Shown piece by piece: positions 1 to 12,172 of a DNA stretch of 64,000 bases. How positions within the stretch are numbered: position 1 is the first letter of the stretch; every line of letters starts with the position of its first letter. Both the position numbers and the translations under genes were made by a program. Source of the DNA: Octopus sinensis (lineage: Eukaryota); assembly GCF_006345805.1 (NCBI RefSeq), contig NC_043009.1:1860001-1924000 (forward strand), read 5' to 3'. The notes below the pieces were generated by a model, which saw nothing but the letters and a program-made list of their open reading frames with translations, made no database searches and was not told where the DNA came from.

Positions 1-76
1 AAACAAATACAACATTAACATCTACAGCAACACCAACAACAGCAATAATTGATGCTACTACTACTACTACTACAAC

Positions 77-112
<36 letters not shown>

Positions 113-198
113 CACTATTACTAGCACTACTACAACAACGACAACAACTACAACAACTACTACTATCATACCACCACCACCACCGCAATCACCACCAT

Positions 199-242
<44 letters not shown>

Positions 243-272
243 ACTACTACTACTACTACTACTACCACTAAC
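1..272. repeat. (CTA)n/(CAC)n/(CAA)n trinucleotide microsatellite
   Basis: Directly visible; explains ORF 49..243. Confidence 0.95.
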
Positions 273-273
273 G

Positions 274-552
274 ATTTGGTGTCTGAAAACTGTCTAGGTC
301 GTGCCAATAATAATTGGTGCGTTGGGAACAGAAAACGAAGATATGGAGAAATGGCTGAAGGAGACTGGAATCGAACGCCCGGTGGAACCCCTACAGAAAG
401 TTTGTCTCTTAGGGACAGCAAGGATTGTCAGGAGTGTTCTAAGCACTTGAAAAACTGTTGAAAACTTGTGGATACCTAAGGTTACAAGTAGTAACCCGTT
501 ACCCACAGAAATCCCATCAGGAATAAGACGGAGCTCGAGTCAAACCAAAGAA
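274..552 (+). mobile_element. R4/Dong-type (RLE) LINE 3' remnant #1
   Basis: 274-450 reads IWCLKTV*VVPIIIGALGTENEDMEKWLKETGIERPVEPLQKVCLLGTARIVRSVLST*, the typical C-terminus of restriction-like-endonuclease LINEs. A 3' UTR and an AAC/AAT tail follow. Confidence 0.8.
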
Positions 553-579
553 CAACAACAACAACGATAATGAAATATG

Positions 580-837
580 AGAAATATGTCGGGAGAAATT
601 GGAATTAACGGGAAGGCAGAGCAGGCCCCACTAAAAAAAAAAAGACTGCTCTATTAGGGGCAGCTAGGATTTTGAGATTGGTACTTGAGTGTTGAGTGTC
701 TTCCACGATAAGTTAACATGCAGGCACCAAAGGTTATAATTTGCGGAAAGAGACCCTGTGAGACCTCTGACATCAGGTTGCTGTCTGCTCTCAGAGAATC
801 AACGAAAGCAAGGAAGACCGAGGGCTCTGAAAAGTAA

Positions 838-838
<1 letters not shown>
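580..838 (+). mobile_element. R4/Dong-type LINE 3' remnant #2
   Basis: GEIGINGKAEQAPLKKKKTALLGAARILRLVLEC* (stop 693-695); its 3' UTR runs directly into (AAT)n. Confidence 0.7.
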
Positions 839-877
<39 letters not shown>

Positions 878-940
878 TAATAATAATAAAATAATAATAT
901 AATAATAATGATGATGATAATAATAATAATAATAATGATA

Positions 941-972
<32 letters not shown>

Positions 973-976
973 GATG

Positions 977-1033
<57 letters not shown>

Positions 1034-1054
1034 TAATAATAAATAATAATGATA
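839..1054. repeat. (AAT)n microsatellite
   Basis: Directly visible. Confidence 0.95.
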
Positions 1055-1557
1055 ATTGGAAGTGTTATCATGTACATTGTTTTGTCTGGGTATAAAAGAT
1101 GGGCTACAGCAAATATTCTGCTCAATACCACAGATTTGCTTGTCAGTTGTTTGACCGTAACCAGTTGAGCATGTCCCTTAGTGGCTGACGATATGTGCAT
1201 CTCTGATCACGAGCAGAAGTAGTGGGGGAGCATCATAGCCATGTGTTGAGAGGGATTCTTTGGGGTTTGAATAGTTCACCTCTGGAAACATGGGTGGTTC
1301 TTTCAACATCCTTAAACAACCCTTATTCAGGGACCGTTTGAGCGGGATGGGCTACTCAACCTGAAGAAAATTCTAACTGGGCCCCACCTGCAAGGTCATG
1401 TGCTGTTATCTTGATATGAGATCACCATGTCGCGCACATATGGTTGTGATGCATGTGCCTGGTGTACCTTTATCAGACGGGTAGTCATGATGGGTATATT
1501 GGGCTTCGTATATTTTACCCCAGTGTCACTTTGATGGCATGAACTGCTCTCTCACTC
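1055..1557 (+). mobile_element. ~550-bp non-coding (AAT)n-embedded interspersed element, slightly 5'-truncated
   Basis: High similarity to 4024-4261 and to the reverse complement of 35601-36141 and 50821-51377; flanked by (AAT)n on both sides. Confidence 0.9.
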
Positions 1558-1604
<47 letters not shown>

Positions 1605-1605
1605 C

Positions 1606-1648
<43 letters not shown>

Positions 1649-1720
1649 GTAGCAACAACAATAACAATAATAATAATAATAATGACAATAATAATAATAG
1701 TAGTAGTAGTAGTAGTTTTT

Positions 1721-1770
<50 letters not shown>
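1558..1770. repeat. (AAT)n followed by (GTA)n
   Basis: Directly visible. Confidence 0.95.
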
Positions 1771-1771
<1 letters not shown>

Positions 1772-2004
1772 AGAGATGAGGCTGTTATAACACTGTGTCA
1801 TCTTGTATGTTGATGAGCTTCGAATGGAAAAAACCCTGGTGGCTGATAATAATAATAAAAATGCGACGGTGGAGCGAATTTTAGAAGGTATTGTGCCGTA
1901 GTGGCGGTTTAGTCTGTTTAGTTTAGTTGAATGTTTAACTGAAATTGCTTGAAGTATTTTGGCCACTTTGAAGTAAACTTAAGCCCATGGCTTGTTACAC
2001 GTCT

Positions 2005-2016
2005 GGCCGCCATCTT
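2005..2016 (-). promoter_or_regulatory. YY1-like / start-context motif AAGATGGCGGCC
   Basis: Exact motif on the minus strand inside a short unique, relatively CpG-containing stretch (about 1780-2090). Single motif only. Confidence 0.2.
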
Positions 2017-2089
2017 TACTCTTGCTTTTCTCATCAATGCGAGTAGTTCGCGGCTTTTTCCTTTGTCAGAACCTGTCTTTCTGTTGCTT

Positions 2090-2344
2090 TGTTTCTCTCT
2101 CTTTCTCACTCACTTGCTCGACTGTCGCTCTATCTTTTACACATACGCACAAACATACACACACACACACACGCGCGTATGTATGTATATGTGTGCGCGT
2201 GTGTGTTTCTGTCTTTGCCAGTCTATTTTTGGCCCTCATCTTTTCTTTCCCAACCTTCCATCTCTCTCCTTCTTTCTCTCTTTCTGTCTTCCTCTCTTTC
2301 TTTCTCCTCTCTCACTATTTCTTTATATATCCACTTCAATGTGT

Positions 2345-2419
<75 letters not shown>

Positions 2420-2720
2420 CACATACGTACATGGATATGCATATATATGTATATGTATATATGAGTACATACATATATATATATGAATATATATACACCT
2501 ATATATATATATGCATACACACACATATACATACATACATATACATGAGTATATATATATATGCATATGTATATATGTCTGTTTCTGACTCTACTTGTTT
2601 GTCTCAGTCTCTCTCTATTTATCTCTCTCTCTGTCTCTCCCTATATTTCGCATATCTTTTACTCACACTCTCACTCCTCTCCTTAATTCTCTCTCTCTCT
2701 CTCTCTCTCTCTCACCCCCT
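2090..2720. repeat. Compound (CA)/(TA)/(CT) microsatellites
   Basis: Directly visible. Confidence 0.9.
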
Positions 2721-3217
2721 TCAATCACTGCTTACGCTTTTTCTCAGAAGCGCGAGAACCAACAACACCTTTGGACGTATGACTGAGTTTATAGCAGCAG
2801 TTTTGTTAATATTACAACAATGTGAATAGGAAAAGAGAAAAAAAAATAGCAAAAAAACCCAACCAAACAAAAAAAGAAGAACAAAAATAAAACCAGAACA
2901 AAGCATAAAAGAGAAAGCAAAAGAAATATACAAATGATTGTCTGTAATAGAAATGGTACTAAGGACGTCCGTCTCTAATAATGGCTTCTTTTGATTTGGC
3001 AAAAGGTTAACGTCTTGTCGAGGTGGTGTTAATAAAGTTGATTGAATTGACATCACTATGTAGTTGCTCTCTCACACATTTTATCGACCTCGGCTGGAAG
3101 GAAAACAAAGACGAAGCCGACGTCGAAGACTGTAATAATAATAACAATAATAATAATAATAATAATAACAATGATAATAACAATGATAATAATAATAATG
3201 ATAATAATAATAATGAT

Positions 3218-3495
3218 AAAAGTGTGATAAAAAAGGGATGTCAGAAACATCCAGATAAGATCCCAGGAGAACCATGTCTCAGAGAAATCCAAAAGATTGT
3301 GCTGACAAGTACTGCCCACTTCCTTAGAAAAGACTCTATCCATTTAAATGTCTGTGTTGTATTACATGAAGATATTTCATCGCTACCTCCCCTCCCCACG
3401 CTTTCAGTCATATTGTAACATCTCTTATCCTTCACTCGCCCCAGGACGCTGGGTGTGTCTCGGCAAGTGACTGTAACAGAGATGCAGATTAGAAG
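3218..3495 (+). mobile_element. R4/Dong-type LINE 3' remnant #3
   Basis: KSVIKKGCQKHPDKIPGEPCLREIQKIVLTSTAHFLRK resembles the end of the remnant at 62127-62479; (AAT)n-like tracts on both sides. Confidence 0.75.
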
Positions 3496-3520
3496 TAACA
3501 ACAATAGTAACAATAATAAT

Positions 3521-3770
3521 ATATGGAGAGAATGTGTCAGAAAAATGTAGAGACTCACGAACTCGGAAAGAGATAGTGGCACACATTGTGATAGAGTGCC
3601 GCTCTTTGTCTTTTCTCCCCCTTTTCTCTATCATATGACTTTCTAAATGAACCATCTGGTGTGTTTATTTTAATGGCTTGCCAATGTATACAGCAGGTTT
3701 CTCTGCCCTAGGTGTCAGGAAAACACTCGGAAAGAAATGGAAACCGATTTGAAAGATGCTAATGAAAATA
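3521..3770 (+). mobile_element. R4/Dong-type LINE remnant #4 (degenerate zinc knuckle plus probable 3' end)
   Basis: YGENVSEKCRDSRTRKEIVAHIVIECRSL resembles the CxxC-ETxxHIxxxC knuckle; ends in (AAT)n. Confidence 0.55.
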
Positions 3771-3778
3771 ATAATAAT

Positions 3779-3834
<56 letters not shown>

Positions 3835-3922
3835 AATATAATAATAATGATGATGATGATGATGGATGATGATGATGATGATGATGAGGATGATGATGAT
3901 GATTATGATGATGATGATGATG

Positions 3923-3956
<34 letters not shown>

Positions 3957-4023
3957 TATATAATAATAATATAATAATCATAATAATAATAATAATAATA
4001 ATAATATAATAATAATAATAATA
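3771..4023. repeat. (AAT)n/(GAT)n microsatellite
   Basis: Directly visible. Confidence 0.95.
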
Positions 4024-4261
4024 AATGCCCTGATGCAGTACCAGGCAGTGGCTCTCATGGCTTCTGATCTTAACTGATTGGAAGTGTTATCATGTACATT
4101 GTTTTGTCTTGGTATAAAAGATGGGCTACAGCAAATAGTCTACTCAATACCACAGATTTGCTTGTCAGTTGTTTAACCATAACCAGTTGAGCATGTCCCT
4201 TAGTGGCTGACAATATGTGCATATCTGATCACGAGCATAAGTAGTGGGGGAGCATCATAGC
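4024..4261 (+). mobile_element. 5' part of the ~550-bp (AAT)n-embedded element
   Basis: Begins AATGCCCTGATGCAGTACCAGG, the reverse complement of the end of 50821-51377; truncated at 4261. Confidence 0.9.
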
Positions 4262-4522
4262 TCTCACAAATAAGAATACTAAAAATGAACCCAACAGCTC
4301 TCAAAAATTAAGTAAAAAAGCAAGAAAAATAATCCAGAATTCTTGTCCGGTACTGGATTGATCCCCAAATCTAATCAGTTTGTGCCAGTACGAGGCCAAA
4401 CATCCCTGAAAGTCTCATCTGAATCCATCCAGTGGTTCTTGAGATATCTTGTCCACAGACAAACAAACAAACAAACATGACCGAAAAACAATACCTCCGC
4501 CTTCGCTAAGGCGGAGGTAATA
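4262..4522. mobile_element. Helentron/HINE-like non-autonomous element end
   Basis: (CAAA)n tract followed by a perfect 12-bp hairpin TACCTCCGCCTT-cgct-AAGGCGGAGGTA (4492-4519), an architecture typical of HINE/DINE-1-like elements. Confidence 0.5.
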
Positions 4523-5128
4523 ACGATTGCTGAGACGTGTGTTCGACGAGAAGTTAACAGTTTGCTAGTCTCGTTTTTAGATATTCAACAACGTTTGATC
4601 ACGTTCGACTTTTATGCTTTTTTTCTTGGAGATATAATGAGAGATTAGATTAGAGGTAAATTAATAATTAGAAATAAAAGGGTAGATAGTAAAGAGTAGA
4701 TAAGAAATTGGATTATTTGCTTGTTGATCACGATATCGCTTCTAAAGACGTTTTAGTTGATTCTGATCAAAGCTTTGTCTTCTAAATTGCTTAAGTTCAC
4801 TCCAGCGATAAGTAAAGTGGTGTGTCTTCCAATAAACACCAGAAGACCACATTGCCGTTTCGACAATCCCTTAAATCACGTCTTACCATGTTGAACAATT
4901 ACGAACTTGTGGGACCCGTGAATATTTCACAGAGTTAATGGTAAAATTACTGGGTTATTTCTGAAAACTTTATCCAAAAAACCCCTGAAAGCGAAGCCTG
5001 TGTTGTGCCTGTATCAAAAGAAAATACAATCAAGGCGGTACTCCAGCATGACCGCAGGCCATTGACACAAGTAAAAGATAAACGATGAAAGTTGCGCTCT
5101 AGTTCGTAAAACCCTCGTTCACTTTTCA

Positions 5129-5228
5129 NNNNNNNNNNNNNNNNNNNNNNNNNNNNNNNNNNNNNNNNNNNNNNNNNNNNNNNNNNNNNNNNNNNNNNNN
5201 NNNNNNNNNNNNNNNNNNNNNNNNNNNN
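5129..5228. other. Assembly gap (100 N)
   Basis: Directly visible; a fixed-size scaffold gap. Confidence 1.
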
Positions 5229-5679
5229 TTCTTAGATTTGTTATACTTGGTTTAGATACAATGAAGTTTCTAATTTCATATTCGACGTTTCCACATCTTC
5301 GTAGTCTCATTTCTAAGAATTGAGTATATAGAACTGAACATAACCGTGTTGGTCCTTATGTACTGGTTGAATTCGCTCAGAATTTCCCGCCAAAGATTTA
5401 TTTTATGTCACTTGCTACGTGTTAAATTGTCGATAAATGCTTTTGGGTGTTCATTTTGACATTGTATTGTGATATGCGTATGATTTGCATAACTAATTTT
5501 CTATTTTTGCTAGTAATTTTTTAACTGTATGATTATAAATTTAGTATTCTCCCCTTCAGTACTTTCCTATTTAATTTTGTTGCAGATGCATAGTGAATTT
5601 ACATGGGTGTTGTGCTGGTCTGTCCAATACATCTAAAGTGATGGAATTTGCAACTTTATTTTTCTTTCTTTCTTCCATC

Positions 5680-5730
<51 letters not shown>

Positions 5731-6540
5731 TATGTATGCATGTAGGTAGGTAGGTAGGTAGTCAAATCAAATAGATGAACAATAGAATTAACAATAACAA
5801 ACAACAAGAGAACGTGCACAAGGAATGCGTTATTTTGACGCTCAGTAAAAAAAATGAGAGTCAACTGTCCTGGGCGAACTGTCTTGGGCCAACTGTCGTT
5901 TTGACAACTACTGTTTTAAGTCTTCTTCAAGCCACATCCCTCACAAGGTCAGTATATGCACAAAGAGCCTAATTAATCTCTGATGGCTTGATCCTGCAAC
6001 GAGTTGTAGTGCGTTGCATAGGACTAACAACACTCACCAGCGATCAGTAGTCTATTACATTGTGATAAAACGAAGATTTACTGAGTCTAAATGTCAATAC
6101 GTTTATAACTTTTGAAGAATTAACTTCATCATTGGAAATGGATCATTATTCTAATACTTACATCGATATTATAATATTTCCATCAGTTTTGGTCCAGAAC
6201 GTCGTCACTGATTTCTGAACACGTATATAGTAAGTGGGCAGATTCGAACTAGGAACCTATATTTTAAACTATTAATAGTAACTGTCTTAACCATTAAGTC
6301 ACGGACTTATGTACATCAAAGTGCTCCCTATGTAAATTTTAGTTTCATTTAAGCAGCCATATCAAATATATGTCAGAGTTAGTCTAACCGATTCGGTTTT
6401 CAGAAACCTCCATATCTACTGTCCCTTTGATCTTACTAAGATTTCGACTGTAATTTTCTATCAATTATAGAAAATTTTATTCCCTCTTTACAACTTTCTT
6501 TTTACTTCACATATTTTCAACCATTCCTGATTTAGATGTT

Positions 6541-6800
6541 TTGTTATCGTTTGGCTTAACTCATCGTAAAGTCAATACCACCATCACCGATATCCAAACT
6601 ACAGTGGAGAAGGCTAGCCACTGGATTTGCTTAAAAACAGACGATGAGCGATGGCTAGAAGAATATTGAGCTTTAATTGATAACCAGTTGATCTAGCAAG
6701 CGGGGCCTCATATCAGTGAGCGGGGCCGGTGCGCATGGATGCCGTCGAGAGGTAGGCCCCGAAACGGCGCGCTTTCTCTCTTGATGACCCCATACACTTG
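6541..6800 (+). mobile_element. HERO-like RLE LINE 3' remnant
   Basis: LLSFGLTHRKVNTTITDIQTTVEKASHWICLKTDDERWLEEY* (stop 6667-6669) resembles the E(K/R)ASxW(L/I)WxKR C-terminus of HERO-like elements; a GC-richer putative 3' UTR follows. Confidence 0.55.
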
Positions 6801-6860
6801 CTGGCTTCCGGTATGCGGAGTTTTGTACTGGAATCTGCCAAGTGTGGTGATTCTTTTAAA

Positions 6861-7179
6861 CACAATTTTGATGTTACGCCACTCCATCGGTTACGATGAT
6901 GAGGGTTCCAGTTGATCCGATCAACGAAACAGCCTGCTCGTGAAATTAACGTGCAAGTGGCTGAGCACTCCACAGACACGTATACCCTTAACGTAGAGAA
7001 CCAGCGTGACAAGGCTGGCCCTTTGCAATACAGTTACTACTCATTTTTGCCAGCTGAGTAAACTCAAACAATGTGAAATAAAGTGCTTTGCTCAAGGACG
7101 CAACGCGTCGCCGAGAATTGAACTCACGACTATACGGTCGTGAGCCGAATAATCTAACCACTAAGCCACGCGACTTCAC
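6861..7179 (-). mobile_element. tRNA-headed SINE family C, full length
   Basis: Reverse complement of 31542-31863; has A-box and B-box-like motifs. Confidence 0.85.
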
Positions 7180-7308
7180 TTTGTTGTTATCTGTACTACC
7201 AGTAAGATAGTAATAGAATAATTTCATTGGAGTTCAAGCCCTAAACACCAGCTTGAGAGTTATGCGAATCATAGACGATTAGTCAGTATTTAATATTCAA
7301 ATATATAA

Positions 7309-7524
7309 GGGCGGCGAACTGGCAGAATCGTTAGCACGCCGGGCGATATGCATAGCAATATTTCGTCTGCCTTTAATGTTCTGAGTTCAAATTCTACCGA
7401 GGTCAACTTTGCCTTTCATTCTTTTGAGGTCGATAAATTACATACCAGTTGCGTACTGGTGTCGATCTAATCGACTGGCTCCCACCACCAAATTTCGGGC
7501 CTTGTGCCTAGAGTAGAAAAGAAT
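7309..7524 (+). mobile_element. tRNA-headed SINE family A (GGCGGCGAGCTGGCAGAATCGTTAGC...)
   Basis: A-box and GAGTTCAAATTC B-box; more than 15 related copies in the window. Confidence 0.9.
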
Positions 7525-8498
7525 ATTCAGTAATGTATATATCATGTAACTCATTTCTTAAATATAAACTCATACATTTGTACAAATGTAAGCACTGGAA
7601 CATGCCTTTCTTACTATTGTATCGTTGATGAGGTTCATAGATTAATTGACGGTCGTTTTTCAATGAATTAATGTTCTGATGTTTGATGCTGTACTTCAGT
7701 AATGTGATTGAGGCTTACCTTTATCTAGATTAAATAAATTCGATTAAAGTACACAGTGAGTTTCAGTGGCGTTAAAAAATTTGAACGTTCTTTCGATATA
7801 AGAAAGGATCATCCATGTATCTTAAACGAACTGCGGATTAAATTGGCTTTTCTCGAGATTAGTATTCAAACTGGAGAAGAAAATAACAAACCACTTCAAT
7901 ATCTCTGCCAAGAAAATATTAAGAGAAAATCAAAACGAAGCAACGTTATGGCTTCATCCGATGAGAGAACTCCCGCTTAACCGGCAAGGCTTTCGCTGTA
8001 GAGACACCAACGGGCTTTAAAAGTGCATGATACATGACGACGACGGCGAGTCTTCGAATATTCCCAGGAAATGTTTGATATTATTGATGATAATGGTGCT
8101 TGAATAGACATCTCCTTCTCTTGTTGGCAAATTTCATTATCAGTCTACAAATGAAGCATTCATAGGCAAAATATTTTAAAGTCTTCACGATATTACATAA
8201 TTGAATTGTACAGCTATGACAACCGATATTCGTATACTTCTAGTATGATTGTAATACCTGATAAAATCTCACCTGTGATTAGGTTTGCCACATCAAGACT
8301 GATGCTGTGGTAGGATATGATAAGCTTTTTCCTGAATTTGCTTTATGATGTCTGATGAAATTTTCGTACATGAAGGATTTCTGCCTATGATGTGAAGAAG
8401 TAAAACAAACGTCTCAGCTAATGGACACAGAATCTCTATCAGTGGTGAGAGAACTTAGAATGACTGAGGTTTAATTATGCCTGGGAAGGACAGCATAT

Positions 8499-8621
<123 letters not shown>

Positions 8622-8682
8622 GCCTGTCTGTCTGTCTGTCCATACATATACGTATATATTTATACTTATTTACACACACATG

Positions 8683-8718
<36 letters not shown>

Positions 8719-8882
8719 AACGTACACACATACACATAATTATACATATGTGTGTGTATCTTTCTCTGCATCTCACTCTTGTTTACTTTCTCTCTCCTTC
8801 CATTCCCTCTCCCTTTCTATACATTCACACATATACATACATACATACATACATACATACATACATACATACATACATACAT

Positions 8883-9113
8883 TCTTTTATTCTTTTACTT
8901 GTTTCAGTCATTTGTCGCGGCCATGCTGGAGCAACCGCTTTAGTCGAGCAAATAGACCCCAAGACTTATTCTTTGGAAGCCTATTACCTATTCTTCTGGT
9001 CTCTTTTGCCGACCGCTAAGTTACGGGGGACGTAAACACCCCAGCATCGGTCGTCAAACAATGGTTGGGGTCAAACACAGACATACAAACATATACACAC
9101 ACATACATATATG

Positions 9114-9147
<34 letters not shown>

Positions 9148-9325
9148 ATATATATAATATATAATACATACATACATATATACGACGGGCTTCTTTCAGT
9201 TCCGTCTACCAAATCCACTCACGAGGCTATAGTAGAAGACACTTGCCCAAGGTGCCACGCAGGGACTGAACCCGGAAGCATGTGATTGGGAAGCAAGCTA
9301 GTTAGCACACAGCCACTCCTACGCC

Positions 9326-9326
<1 letters not shown>
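8883..9326 (-). mobile_element. tRNA-headed SINE family B with a CORE-like TTGGGCAAGTGTCTT segment and an internal (TA/TG) tract
   Basis: Reverse complement of 30685-31090 and 23889-24365. Confidence 0.9.
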
Positions 9327-9363
<37 letters not shown>

Positions 9364-9399
9364 ATATATTAGGTAGTGGGTAGCGATTTTCTTCAGTAC

Positions 9400-9945
9400 T
9401 TCAGTGAGTGACGACCCTGCCTGACACGAGTCCCGGGCTCAGCTGGCTCCGGCTGACAGTACCTGGTATGAGCCCTTATCCAGGGTTACGGAAATGAGAC
9501 AATCTTCAAAGAAATCCGGAGTGGGGCCCCTTAGGCTGTTTAGTGTTCGACTCGACACACTTCCGGCAGCTCCTGCATCAAAGCTGGTACCAAACGTAAT
9601 GCTCTGCACTCCTTCGTGCAACATCAGCAAGGTCGAGAGGGGTATCCTGACGACTGGGCTACCCAGGATTTTCTTACAACTAGCCCAGGCCGGCGCAAAA
9701 CTGGAGAGGACATGAAATGTAAACACCAGACTGGATTAGTTTATGCGCAACTCCATTGTCTCCCGAGACAAAAGGACGCTAACAATTCAGCCGAAATTAC
9801 GAGGATGATCCGGTTCTTGACCGAGGATAAAAGGCTTCGAATGACCCCTCCTTGTTTTTTTGTATCGTCTATCTGAATGTTTTTTGTCCCTTTTTGTATC
9901 ACCTAGCTGTCCAGATCTTTTGCGTTCTTGTCCCATTTTGTATTA
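9400..9945. other. GC-richer unique segment: either a decayed LINE 3' end (+) or a coding exon 9463-9700 (-)
   Basis: The plus strand has weak Tx1-like words (ALHSFVQ, TRMIRF) then a T-rich tail and (TA)n. The minus strand has an open 238-nt segment bounded by tttcatgtcctctccag| and CAG|gtactg. Confidence 0.3.
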
Positions 9946-9952
9946 TATATAT

Positions 9953-9997
<45 letters not shown>

Positions 9998-10006
9998 TAT
10001 ATATAT

Positions 10007-10038
<32 letters not shown>

Positions 10039-10238
10039 ATATCATAGCGGCATACGTACACTTTATTCTACATGAAGTACACATTTCACTATATATATAT
10101 ATATTATATATATATATATTAGTAGTAATAACAGAAAAGAGGAATTTCGGTTGTCCCCACGTGGTGGATTGTAATGTATATGAGAAATTAAAAAAGGAAA
10201 ATACGCACACTTACATGGTTATGATATAATGTTTAATG

Positions 10239-10271
10239 TATCGACCGGTTTCGCAATCGCTATTCATGATA
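10239..10271 (-). ncRNA. Minimal type I hammerhead-like motif, A3-U8 core variant
   Basis: UAUC-AUGAAUA-GC(GAUU)GC-GAAA-CCGG-UC-GAUA: 4-bp stem I, palindromic stem III, GUC site. Confidence 0.6.
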
Positions 10272-10488
10272 TAATGTTTAATTTATATGAATATATATTT
10301 TTTCTTAAGAAGAAATTTCTGTACACATACTTATTCCCCACCCAAAACCTAAACAGTTATCTCCCTTACACAAAACAATAACAATAATAAAAGCCAATTA
10401 CCTCCCTTTACTTGTCAACTTGTAAAATCATTCATTCGTGAATTTCATCACAAACAACATGGACCAAGTTTCTTAAGAAAAAATATTA

Positions 10489-10521
10489 TATCGTGAATAG
10501 CGATTGCGAAACCGGTCGATA
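10489..10521 (+). ncRNA. Minimal type I hammerhead-like motif, G3-U8 core variant
   Basis: UAUC-GUGAAUA-GC(GAUU)GC-GAAA-CCGG-UC-GAUA. Confidence 0.55.
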
Positions 10522-11017
10522 CATTAAAAATTATATTATAACCATGTAAGTGTGCGTATATTCCTTTTTTAATTTCTTATACAGGAAAGTAGAAAGTGTA
10601 TCACATTATTTTATGATATTGTGAAATATTTAGCTTAAACTAAATATTAAAAAGCAATTAGTTTAGTATTGAAGTAGACTATACAGATCTGATAAAATGT
10701 AGAGTTCTTTAATTGTGGAAGCGATATGGCTATAAATATATACTTGTTAGATGTATTTGAAAACAGGAAAACTAAAGGTTCTAGAACATACAACAGATAA
10801 GGCGTGTGCGAGTGTGTATATATGCATTTTCCCTGTAAATGTTAAGATATATATATATCTCCTAATCATTCAGTCTAATGTTAAATTCTTTTATATGTAA
10901 GTTGATATAAAACAAACGTTAATATGCACACACACACACACACACACACATGTTTATGTATACATATGACATATATATACATATATACATGTTGATACAC
11001 ACACATATAAAGACAGG

Positions 11018-11067
<50 letters not shown>

Positions 11068-11632
11068 CACATATAAACACAGGCATATATATATATCCAT
11101 GCATATATGTATATATAAATATATATTTATGTGTGTGCGTAAGCATTTGTTTATTTATATATATGCATATATTTACACGAAACAGATAAATTTACGCATT
11201 TCTATACATGCGTGTCTACACACACACACGCACACACAAACATATGAATGTATGTATGTACACACATATAGACATTTATTACGCCCGAAATGATGAAGTG
11301 TTTATAAGAGTAAAAACGCAGTTGTTTTTGTTTTTAACTTTCGAAAATAAAATGTTACCTAAAACAAAACAAAAAGCAAACTATTGAACAATAACAAATA
11401 AAAAAAGCCCCCCAAAACAAACAACAAAAGCCACAACGAATGGGACTTGGGAGATGGTAAGACAGACAGGTAAATAGATTGACAAATGTGTGGTGATCAG
11501 GAATAAGTAGACCCATCAAACCAGAAAAAAATATCATTTTCTAAGTATGTAACGCTTATAGAAAAATAATAACAGATTTATTGCTTTTGTCAAGATGGCT
11601 GAAGGGAGGAAAGCGTTAGAATTATGACTTAC

Positions 11633-11723
11633 GGTTCATAGCTTGAGGCGTCGCTGCAGGCAGTGAACATAACTCTACTTGCTCCAGCCGTGAAGATGTC
11701 AAAGACCCACAAACACGTTTTGC
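11633..11723 (-). CDS. Candidate internal exon (91 nt), product unknown
   Basis: Acceptor ttttttaatcatccttag| and consensus donor CC|gtaagt. Two frames are open: KTCLWVFDIFTAGASRVMFTACSDASSYE or AKRVCGSLTSSRLEQVELCSLPAATPQAMN. Confidence 0.4.
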
Positions 11724-11933
11724 CTAAGGATGATTAAAAAATAATATTGTAAACATTAAAAGATATACTGTTTATGTTCTTATGTAGATATATACCTACA
11801 CAGTTGTGTGTTCGTGTGTGTGTGTATTATGTGTGCATACATATATACATATACTTATACATGTATAAATATATGTATGTATATATATATGTATGTATGT
11901 ATATCTATATATATATATATATATATGGTGTGG

Positions 11934-11965
<32 letters not shown>

Positions 11966-11969
11966 GTTA

Positions 11970-12016
<47 letters not shown>

Positions 12017-12080
12017 TATATAAATGTGTGTTGTATTTCAAAGCGCACGCACAAATATATGCATATATGTTGTGTATATA

Positions 12081-12118
<38 letters not shown>

Positions 12119-12125
12119 TTTATAT

Positions 12126-12172
<47 letters not shown>

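Larger units (their letters stand above)
10178..10582. mobile_element. Inverted ~100-bp repeat pair, Penelope-like pseudo-LTR remnant
   Basis: 10178-10280 is the reverse complement of 10480-10582 with few mismatches; each arm carries a hammerhead-like motif. Confidence 0.7.

Noticed and set aside
4024-4090. HDV-like ribozyme at the 5' end of the 550-bp element
   Set aside because: A P3/L3-like segment exists, but P1 needs a bulge and the P1.1 GG and J4/2 elements are absent.
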